From IMG/VR virus record IMGVR_UViG_3300046674_000532: DNA of 64,000 nucleotides, one strand, 5' to 3'. This DNA comes from a virus. Under the pieces are notes generated by a model. That model did not search any database and was not told the DNA's origin. It saw only the letters and a list, made by a program, of their open reading frames with translations. Positions 54,190-61,071 of the stretch are shown one piece after another (position 1 is the stretch's first letter; each line of letters opens with the position of its first letter). The translations under genes were made by a program, and so were the position numbers.

Positions 54190-54225
54190 GGCATTGCAAT
54201 GCAATGCCTCACGGGTCTATGGTGG
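54190..54225 (+). promoter_or_regulatory. promoter-operator motif copy 6
   Basis: GGCATTGCAATGCAATGCCTCACGGGTCTATGGTGG; -35 TTGCAA 54194-99, 18-nt spacer, -10 TATGGT 54218-23; 31 nt upstream of GTG 54254. Confidence 0.6.
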
Positions 54226-54253
54226 AACCAACACCACGAACCAGGGGGCCACC

Positions 54254-54703
54254 GTGCGGAATACCAAGAACCAGACCACCACCCGCACGCTCACCGACCT
54301 CCTCCGCGCCGCCGGCCGCCAGCACGCCGTCACCATCACCTACCTCAAGCCCGGCGAGACCGAGCCCACCGTCCGCACCATCGAGATCCACGAGATCCGC
54401 ACCACCGCCGTGAAGATCAAGAAGACCGGCAAGGTCACCGGCGGAGGCCTCGTCATCATCGCCATGTGCCGACTCCGCGGAGAGGGAAGGGAATTCCACC
54501 TCTCCGGCATCCTCGCCTACACGCTCCACCGCATCCCCTACGTCCTCAAGCGCCCCGCCAACACCACCTACCAGCCCGCCGCCCCCCAGCCCACCGACGA
54601 CGCGGACGCCCTCTTCTTCCACGAGCTCGCCCGCGACCAGGACGACGCCGACTACCGTCCCCGCGTCAAGCTCACCCAGGCCGACACCGACCTCGCCGCC
54701 TGA
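54254..54703 (+). CDS. WYL-domain-like protein
   Basis: frame of track ORF 53144..54703; GTG 54254 after CAGGGGG; VTITYLKPGETEPTVRTIEIHEI...LVIIAMCRLRGEGREFHLSGI resembles a WYL fold. Confidence 0.45.
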   Translation: MRNTKNQTTTRTLTDLLRAAGRQHAVTITYLKPGETEPTVRTIEIHEIRTTAVKIKKTGKVTGGGLVIIAMCRLRGEGREFHLSGILAYTLHRIPYVLKRPANTTYQPAAPQPTDDADALFFHELARDQDDADYRPRVKLTQADTDLAA

Positions 54704-54713
54704 AAGGCACCCC

Positions 54714-54989
54714 GTGATTACCTACTTCACTGCGCCTGGCACGCTCGCCGAAGCCCTGCATGTACTGGCGGAACGGATGGAACGTGTCGAGGAGCGCATC
54801 GGGCACGTCGCGCTGGCCAACATGATGAGCGCCGTACTCGACGGCCCCGGGCATACCGCCTGGACACCGACCGAACACCCGGAGCTGGCCCGGAAGATGC
54901 AGGACGCCATCGTCCCGGACGGCTTCCTGAGCCCGGTTCCGACGGCCGGGCAGGTGCGGCAGGCCGCCGACGCCGCCCGCAGTTCCTGA
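54714..54989 (+). CDS. hypothetical protein
   Basis: ORF track 91 aa; GTG start. Confidence 0.55.
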   Translation: MITYFTAPGTLAEALHVLAERMERVEERIGHVALANMMSAVLDGPGHTAWTPTEHPELARKMQDAIVPDGFLSPVPTAGQVRQAADAARSS

Positions 54990-55003
54990 CCCCGGACATG
55001 ACG

Positions 55004-55036
55004 AAGGCCACCACCCTCAAGGGGGTTGGTGGCCTT
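55004..55036 (+). terminator. stem-loop followed by T-run
   Basis: AAGGCCACCACCC tcaa GGGGGTTGGTGGCCTT then TCC. Confidence 0.6.
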
Positions 55037-55115
55037 TCCATACGGATCACGCACGCGCAGCGTAGCGGATCTATGTGCACGCACGCCAGACCTGTTCAGG
55101 GATGACACTGGGGAC

Positions 55116-55313
55116 ATGGCCACGAACCGTCAGGAAGCGCTGATCGAGGAGCCGTCGGGACGCCGGCGCGTGTGGTGCCGGGGTGTCGGCTGCGGCCGTG
55201 AACTGACAGATCAGGTGTCACGCACGAGAGGCTTCGGCGAGGAGTGCGACCCCGAGCCCCGAACCCGGCCGCGGACGTTCGTCATCGACCAGGATCCGAT
55301 CCCCGGGACGTAA
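55116..55313 (+). CDS. small zinc-finger-like protein (DUF6011-like pattern)
   Basis: frame of track ORF 55026..55313; ATG 55116; VWCRGVGCGRELTDQVSRTRGFGEEC. Confidence 0.45.
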   Translation: MATNRQEALIEEPSGRRRVWCRGVGCGRELTDQVSRTRGFGEECDPEPRTRPRTFVIDQDPIPGT

Positions 55314-55315
55314 TG

Positions 55316-55355
55316 GCCGCGGGCCCGTCGCCGATGGGGAGCGCGGGCCCGCGGC
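55316..55355 (+). terminator. perfect 12-bp stem-loop
   Basis: GCCGCGGGCCCG / CGGGCCCGCGGC with 16-nt loop, 3 nt after the stop. Confidence 0.6.
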
Positions 55356-55586
55356 AGGGGGCGGGAGCTTCACCTGGGGGGATCTGCTCGACCGCCGTGC
55401 GGGAACGGTACGCCCGCCCCGGTTGGTACGTACAGCCTTCAACAGAAATATCTACGGCCCGGGTCACCGGCCGCCCCCGGGGCGCTCCGGAGGAGAGCGG
55501 GGGCAGCGGATGCGCCGTTCCGGCATAGCGTGATCCCAGGGACTTGGTAGGGGATGCCGACCCATCCTCACCCCCTCCGACCAGGA

Positions 55587-55705
55587 CTTTACGAACCCTC
55601 CGAACCCCCACCCACCAGGAGAGGCCGCGCACGCCCCGCCCCGCACCCCCGGCCGAACCGCAACCACCACCGCACCAGGGTGGACGGTCCTGAGGGTTTG
55701 TAAAG
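55587..55705. repeat. 14-bp imperfect inverted repeat pair upstream of the degenerate recombinase gene
   Basis: CTTTACGAACCCTC (55587-600) and GAGGGTTTGTAAAG (55692-705), 13 of 14 complementary, locally A/T-richer. Confidence 0.35.
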
Positions 55706-55733
55706 ATTGATCTATGTCGTGGCGGGCGCCACT

Positions 55734-56591
55734 ATGGACCCCATGGACCCCCGCGCCCTGCTCGACGCCTGGCTCACCTCAGGACTGCTCCGCCAGTCCA
55801 CCGTCGGCCGCTACCAGCCGCAGGTCGACCAGTGGCTCACCTGGTGCGAGGCGAATGGTGTCCACCCCTACACCGCCGGCCTGCGCGAAGTCGCCGCCTT
55901 CTGCGGCCAGCGCCTCGCCCCCCACCTCGACGGACGGCCCTTCAACGGACCCGACGACCTCGCCCGCCTCGCCCAGGAGGCCCCCGACGTCGCCGGCACC
56001 CACGACGGCTACATCACCGCCATCACCGGCTACTACACCGCCGCCCACACCCGCGGCCTCATCCCCGGCATCCCCGACCTCACCGAGCTCCGCGCCGGCA
56101 TCGACCGCGACCCCGGCGCCCCCCAGAAGCTGAACCCCCGAGAACGCGCCGTCCTCCTCTACTGCATCGGCATGTGGAACCAGACCAACGCCCGCCACTA
56201 CCGGCGCGACCGCCTCATCGCCTACCTCCTCCTCGAAGGCATGCGGCCCGGCGAGATCGTCCGACTCGACTCCCGCCACCTCTACCCCCAGCCCGACGGC
56301 ACCACCGAAGTCCGCGCCCCCGACTACGACTTCGAAGCCCTCGGCCCCCAGTTCGTCCTCGACCCCATCACCGGCGCCGCCCTCCAGGACTACCTCCCCC
56401 ACCGGCCCCGCCCCGCCGAAGGCGTCCACGCCCTCATCCTCGGCCAAGGCGGACGCCCCGTCGTCTCCCGCTACCCCAACATGCTGATCCGGCAGATCGC
56501 CGCCCTCCACCCGATCCTCGCCCAACGCCAGCCACCCGTCACCGCCGACGCCGTCGCCCACACCGGCCTCTGGGACATCCCCGAAACCTGA
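55734..56591 (+). CDS. tyrosine-recombinase-like protein, C-terminally truncated/degenerate
   Basis: frame of track ORF 55707..56591; SAM-like N-domain and LLEGMRPGEI (Arg I box) present; HxxR box reads DAVAHT; protein ends before the His/Trp and Tyr nucleophile region. Confidence 0.55.
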   Translation: MDPMDPRALLDAWLTSGLLRQSTVGRYQPQVDQWLTWCEANGVHPYTAGLREVAAFCGQRLAPHLDGRPFNGPDDLARLAQEAPDVAGTHDGYITAITGYYTAAHTRGLIPGIPDLTELRAGIDRDPGAPQKLNPRERAVLLYCIGMWNQTNARHYRRDRLIAYLLLEGMRPGEIVRLDSRHLYPQPDGTTEVRAPDYDFEALGPQFVLDPITGAALQDYLPHRPRPAEGVHALILGQGGRPVVSRYPNMLIRQIAALHPILAQRQPPVTADAVAHTGLWDIPET

Positions 56592-56743
56592 CCCCAGTAG
56601 CGCTGTAGAAACTGCGGGGCCGATGTCGGGGGTGGCTTGTACGGTCTTTCTGACCAGGAACAACGTCCGATCAGGTGGATCACTTCCGAATGACGGGTTA
56701 TGTCCTTGGTGAGGGCGCACCGTGCGCCCGCCGAAGGAGCCCC

Positions 56744-56938
56744 ATGGACCGGACACCCTTTGCTCTTGCAGTGGCCAGCCTGATCCTGCAAGCCCTAACT
56801 TTCCTCAGCCCACCCAGCCCCGCCCCCATCCGGACCGAGGTCACCGTGACCCTCCAGGTGCCAGCCACCGCCCCCACCTGCATCTGGGCCACCCCACCAG
56901 GCGGCTATTCCGGCCCGGTGCGCGTCACGTCCTGGTGA
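56744..56938 (+). CDS. small membrane/secreted protein (64 aa)
   Basis: frame of track ORF 56675..56938; ATG 56744 with GAAGGAG RBS; N-terminal hydrophobic FALAVASLILQALTFL. Confidence 0.5.
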   Translation: MDRTPFALAVASLILQALTFLSPPSPAPIRTEVTVTLQVPATAPTCIWATPPGGYSGPVRVTSW

Positions 56939-56989
56939 GGCCTGTCAAACTCGGCGGCGCGCGGAAGCCCGTACTGGCAGGATCGCCCC

Positions 56990-57958
56990 ATGCTCATTTC
57001 GCCCCGCCCGGGCACCGACCGGGACAACCTCCTCCAGACCCTGCGGTCCGTGCACACCAGCGCCTCCAACGAGCACGGCCGCGGCTACGACAACGCCTAC
57101 AAGCGGCTGCTGGGATATCTGGAGTGGGCGATGGGCGCAGCCCGGCTGCTGCGCAACCAGATCAGCACCGAGGACCTGCACGCCTTGGTACTGACGAAGG
57201 GCCACGACACCCTGCTGAACGGCATCGGCGACCTCGAGGGTTCACGACGGGAACGCCTGGTGAACCTGCTTGTCGACCAAGAACTCGCCGAGCGCACCGA
57301 GGCACTCGAGGCCACAGTCAACCTGCTCCAATCACTGAGGCACCGCTGGCCAGGACACGAACGGTTCGTTGTCGCCGACCCCAGCTTCTACATCCAGAAC
57401 GAGATCAAGCTGGCCGACGTCGACCTGCACCAGGTGCTCGGCATCCGGGAAGAGGCCTTCATCCGGCTGCTGTTCCCCATCGTGGTGGTCGACGAGCTCG
57501 ACGGGCTGAAGGACGCGGGCAAGCCGCGGCCCCGGTGGAGGGCAGCCCACACACTCGGCCTCCTCGACGGGGTCCTGAACGGCGACACCGAAGGTGTTCT
57601 GCACCCCGGAACCTACGACCCCAGCAACGGGGAGACCCTGGGTAAAGTCATCGTGGAAATCGTCCTCGATCCTCCCGGGCATGTCCGCCTACCGCTGGCC
57701 GACGACGAGATCGTCGACCGGGCGGTCGTCCTCCAAGCCCTCGGCGGCCGCGACGTACGTCTGCTGACGTGCGACACCAGCCAGCACACCCGCGGCTGCG
57801 CGGCCGGCCTGCAGGTGACGAAGGTCGCGACGAAAGACCCCGGCCCCGAGCCCGACTGGGAGGCCGAGGGCAAGCCGGGGACCGGCGTACGGGCGCAGCG
57901 CCGCGCCAGGCAGGAAGCCAGGAACGGCAGTTCCGCCGAGGCGCCCGCGAACTCATGA
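56990..57958 (+). CDS. PIN-domain nuclease-like protein with N-terminal helical domain
   Basis: ORF track 322 aa; acidic PIN residues in VVADPSFY, VVVDELDGLK, ADDEIVDRA, LLTCDTS; DELDGLK resembles YlaK/PhoH-associated PIN domains. Confidence 0.6.
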   Translation: MLISPRPGTDRDNLLQTLRSVHTSASNEHGRGYDNAYKRLLGYLEWAMGAARLLRNQISTEDLHALVLTKGHDTLLNGIGDLEGSRRERLVNLLVDQELAERTEALEATVNLLQSLRHRWPGHERFVVADPSFYIQNEIKLADVDLHQVLGIREEAFIRLLFPIVVVDELDGLKDAGKPRPRWRAAHTLGLLDGVLNGDTEGVLHPGTYDPSNGETLGKVIVEIVLDPPGHVRLPLADDEIVDRAVVLQALGGRDVRLLTCDTSQHTRGCAAGLQVTKVATKDPGPEPDWEAEGKPGTGVRAQRRARQEARNGSSAEAPANS

Positions 57959-59101
57959 CCCGGCAGGCCCGGCCTCCTTGACGGCTGCCTTCCCGATCTG
58001 CGCGAGCGGGTTGTTCTCGCCCTGGGCGTCGTCCTCGTCTACGTAGCCGATCAGCGCTTTGGACTGGTCGTCCCAGCCGCCGTGCCGGCCGATCTGCACG
58101 ATGTCGACGCCCGCGGTCCGGGCCGACTTCACGAAGCCGCGGCGGGAGGAGTGGGAGCGCCACCGGCCCGGCAGCCCGGTCCGCTCGATGGACCGCTGGA
58201 TGACGTCGGAGGCGGCCTCGGTCGTCAGCCGTCCGTCCTCGGCGCCGATAGGCTCACCGCCACGCTGCATCTCCGGGTTGAGGTAGCCCCAGCGGTCCAT
58301 GCGCAGGAACAGGGGGCCCACGGTGTGTCCGTTGTCGGCGAGGGCGGCAACCAGGGCGCGGACCGCGCGGACGGCGCACAGGTCGGGTTCGGGGTCGAGC
58401 GGAATGTCGGGGGTCTGCCACATCTTGCGCTTCTTGCGGTAGACGCGGACCTGCAGACCGCCGTCGGGGAGATCGGTGAAGCTGTCCGGCCAGTTCAGCG
58501 GCACGAGTTCGCTGCCGCGCGAGGCCAGCGCGTGACCGAGCAGCATCAGGGCGGCGTCCCGCTTCCCTGCCAGGGTGGTGCGGTCCAGCTCACCGAGCGC
58601 GGTGCGCAGGACGGTCCGGTCGGCGGGGCTCGCCTTCTGCGGGCGGGCGGCCGGGTCCTGGGCGAGGGCGAGCTGCTCGCGGTAGCCGGCCACGACCTTC
58701 CGGGCGCCCATGGTGTCCGGGGGCCGGTACCCGGCGGCCCGGTGGGAGGAGCGGATGGACGCGATGACGCGGTCCATCGTGTTCGGTCCGTACGGGCGTC
58801 CGGTGCGCGGCCGCGGAGTGCGCTTCAGGTAGGAGAGGTACTCGGTGACGGTCTGCGGCGCAGCCGGCAGCGGGCGGCGGCCGACGGACAGGCACCATGC
58901 GGTGAAGCGGTCCATGTCGCCCTTGTACGCCTTGGTGGTCTCCTCCGGGATTCCGGCCTTGACATCCTGCTGGGCTTCCTCGGACAGCCAGGCGTCCGGG
59001 TCCTCTTCCGTCAACGGGACGGCGGGGGCCCGGTCTTCGGGGATGGCGGGCAGCCGGTCGTCGACCAGCTCCGCGTCGACCACCTCGTCGCGCATGCTCA
59101 C
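57953..59101 (-). CDS. tyrosine recombinase/integrase, Cre-like
   Basis: ORF track 382 aa; ASRGSEL (Arg I), SHSSRRGF (HxxR), HGGW, IGYVDE (Tyr); N-terminal KAYKGDMDRFTAWC...VTEYLSYL. Confidence 0.8.
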   Translation of the reverse strand: MSMRDEVVDAELVDDRLPAIPEDRAPAVPLTEEDPDAWLSEEAQQDVKAGIPEETTKAYKGDMDRFTAWCLSVGRRPLPAAPQTVTEYLSYLKRTPRPRTGRPYGPNTMDRVIASIRSSHRAAGYRPPDTMGARKVVAGYREQLALAQDPAARPQKASPADRTVLRTALGELDRTTLAGKRDAALMLLGHALASRGSELVPLNWPDSFTDLPDGGLQVRVYRKKRKMWQTPDIPLDPEPDLCAVRAVRALVAALADNGHTVGPLFLRMDRWGYLNPEMQRGGEPIGAEDGRLTTEAASDVIQRSIERTGLPGRWRSHSSRRGFVKSARTAGVDIVQIGRHGGWDDQSKALIGYVDEDDAQGENNPLAQIGKAAVKEAGPAGS

Positions 59102-59493
59102 GGCCGCCAGTTCTCCTTGTAGTCCTGGTGCGTGGCGTACTCCAGCGCGTGCAGTTTGATGACGTCCATGTAAGCGACGGTGGCCACCTGGGAGTTGTCG
59201 TGGTCCCAGTTCATCTCCTTGCCGCGGAGGGTCTGGCCCAGTGCGGCTTCGAACATGTCCAGGGTGGCTTCGATCGCGTCCAGGTGAGCTTTGAAGCGTC
59301 CCAAGGGGACGAGGGCTGTCGTGCCGCCGCCGGTGCCGATCTGGTGCTGTGCCCCTGTGATGACCGGACAGTGCACGGCGTCCAGCGTGCTACGGTCGTC
59401 GGCGATGCGTTTCCGGAGGAAGGTGGTGAGGTCGTCCACCGCGGGTGGGCCGGACGCGGCAATGACGCGGTGGGCGATTTCGGCCTCGTTCAC
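59098..59493 (-). CDS. hypothetical protein, DUF6221-like pattern
   Basis: frame of track ORF 59098..59559; GTG 59493 after GGGGAGA; TTFLRKRIADDRSTLD...LHALEYATHQDYKENWRP. Confidence 0.45.
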   Translation of the reverse strand: MNEAEIAHRVIAASGPPAVDDLTTFLRKRIADDRSTLDAVHCPVITGAQHQIGTGGGTTALVPLGRFKAHLDAIEATLDMFEAALGQTLRGKEMNWDHDNSQVATVAYMDVIKLHALEYATHQDYKENWRP

Positions 59494-59604
59494 GGGTGTC
59501 TCCCCTGCCTCGGATGATCGCTCTACAGAAGGAACATTACTTGGAGCCAGCGTGCGCATTGCCTCCGAAACAGCGATACCCCCGCACGGTGGCGGGGGTA
59601 TCGG

Positions 59605-59916
59605 CTAGGCGTTCCGAGTGATGCCGTACGGATCCCACGTCGGCTGGAAGTCGGAGTGCGTTGCCCACCGGCGAGCCACCAGCGCCAGGTAGTGGAACGG
59701 CATGGACGGGTCGTCGCCGTGCGAAAGTTCCGACTGTGCGACGCCCTTGATGTAGACGGCGAGGTCGAGAAGCGACTGGAAGGCCCTGCCTTCTTCCGAG
59801 TCGTACCGTGCAGCGTCGCGTAGCGGACCAACCCGGGCCTGGATGAAAGCGACGAGGGCGTCGATGTCTTCCTGCGAACGAGGCGGTTCAGGCGTGTACT
59901 CGGTCTGATCGGTCAC
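59605..59916 (-). CDS. hypothetical protein
   Basis: ORF track 103 aa. Confidence 0.6.
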   Translation of the reverse strand: MTDQTEYTPEPPRSQEDIDALVAFIQARVGPLRDAARYDSEEGRAFQSLLDLAVYIKGVAQSELSHGDDPSMPFHYLALVARRWATHSDFQPTWDPYGITRNA

Positions 59917-59960
59917 GGCATGTGAGCTTATCGGGAACCAGAGCGCGTGATCCCGGCGCC

Positions 59961-60002
59961 GAACTACTAGTCCGGGACGAAATGGGAGACCAGTAGTAGT
60001 TC
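59961..60002. repeat. 9-bp inverted repeat in a lower-GC intergenic region
   Basis: GAACTACTA (59961-69) and TAGTAGTTC (59994-60002). Confidence 0.3.
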
Positions 60003-60038
60003 TGGGAGATGACTGACCGTTTCGATCAGTTCGATTTT

Positions 60039-60077
60039 TCGTCAGGAACGATCCTAAGCGCGGACCGTTCCTGACGA
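60039..60077. terminator. perfect 12-bp stem-loop after the GvpU-like gene
   Basis: TCGTCAGGAACG / CGTTCCTGACGA, 15-nt loop; the T-run lies on the plus-strand 5' side, so directionality is unclear. Confidence 0.5.
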
Positions 60078-60093
60078 CCTGCTCCTTCGACGT

Positions 60094-60519
60094 TCAGGAC
60101 GGACGTCCCATCGTCCAGCCCTGAACTTCCTGAACCCGGACCCGCCACAACGGCGACTCCATGCCCTGAACGACGTCACCGTCCAACGTCCCCCGGTAGT
60201 TCGTGACCACCCGCGCGTTCTTCAGGTGTGCGAAGTACAGCGGGTCCTCGTCCCCCCGGGGACCGGTCTCCTCGCTGACGCTCTTCAGGAACTTGCCCAC
60301 CAGGTCGGCGCCGTCGCCGACCTCCGCCATCCACCTCTCGAAGGCGGCCACCCACTGGTCATGACCGATCAGGTCACCGCACACCAGCGTTCCCCCGACC
60401 AGGAGGCTGACCGAAATGGAAGCCTGCTTTTGGTCCTCCAAGTCCAGGAACTCCAACAGCGCGTCAAAGTAGAGGTCCCGGTACGCGCCCACGGCCGGCT
60501 GAGAGGTCTTTTCACTCAT
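60094..60519 (-). CDS. GvpU-like protein
   Basis: ORF track 141 aa; ISVSLLVGGTLVCGDLIGHDQW and LYFAHLKNARVV...WRVRVQEVQGW resemble the gas-vesicle accessory protein GvpU (memory only). Confidence 0.4.
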   Translation of the reverse strand: MSEKTSQPAVGAYRDLYFDALLEFLDLEDQKQASISVSLLVGGTLVCGDLIGHDQWVAAFERWMAEVGDGADLVGKFLKSVSEETGPRGDEDPLYFAHLKNARVVTNYRGTLDGDVVQGMESPLWRVRVQEVQGWTMGRPS

Positions 60520-60615
60520 TGTGCTTCCCCGCTGTGCAGAGTCCCGGCGGGCCCTGTGCCCCCAGCCGACTCGGATGCATCAACGGTATCCCGCCCCACT
60601 GACAACGCGGCGTAG

Positions 60616-60774
60616 CTACTTCTTCGCCTGCAGCGCGAGGACGGGGGCGTGGCAGAGGACGCAGAGCGGGCTCGCCTTCTCGCCGTACCTTCGGGTGGGG
60701 TGGCCGCAGCCCGCGCACGGGCCGACCTGGGCGGGCGCGCACGTGGGCATAGGCGGAGCGGGAGGACTGGTCAT
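60616..60774 (-). CDS. Cys-rich micro-protein (52 aa)
   Basis: below track cutoff; MTSPPAPPMPTCAPAQVGPCAGCGHPTRRYGEKASPLCVLCHAP... Confidence 0.4.
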   Translation of the reverse strand: MTSPPAPPMPTCAPAQVGPCAGCGHPTRRYGEKASPLCVLCHAPVLALQAKK

Positions 60775-60790
60775 GCCGGGATCATCTCAC

Positions 60791-61069
60791 TCACCGGTCC
60801 TCGATCTTCAGATAGATCGACCGCTCAGCGATCAGCCCGCTGGTGGTGGTGATCTGGCAGACCACCGCGCTGACGTCACCGAGCGCCCCGCCTGATACCC
60901 GCTGGGTGACGACAGAACCGTTCACCACCGGTGCCCCGACAGCCGTGAGCCCATCATTCGCAACGACCGTTGCTTCGCTGATGGTGTCGCCTACTTCCGC
61001 GAGCCAGAGCGTCCAGTCCCAGGTGTAGTCCAGCAGCTCGGAGGGGTCTTTGGCGAAGGTGGTGGACAT
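60791..61069 (-). CDS. phage fibre-tail adaptor-like protein
   Basis: ORF track 92 aa; KDPSELLDYTWDWTLWLAEVGDTISEATV matches the adaptor family pattern (memory only). Confidence 0.5.
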   Translation of the reverse strand: MSTTFAKDPSELLDYTWDWTLWLAEVGDTISEATVVANDGLTAVGAPVVNGSVVTQRVSGGALGDVSAVVCQITTTSGLIAERSIYLKIEDR

Positions 61070-61071
61070 GC

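Noticed and set aside
55832-57645. Long P/R-rich ORFs (55832..56608 +, 55779..56756 -, 56722..57645 +)
   Set aside because: They are alternative frames over the recombinase-like and PIN genes. Their composition is incompatible with real proteins, and the competing frames carry recognisable motifs.
55320-60093. tRNA gene or attP core next to the recombinase genes
   Set aside because: I looked for T-loop-like GGTTCGAATCC variants and cloverleaf-sized conserved blocks and found none. Both recombinase genes are flanked by element genes on both sides, so no integration junction is visible in this window.
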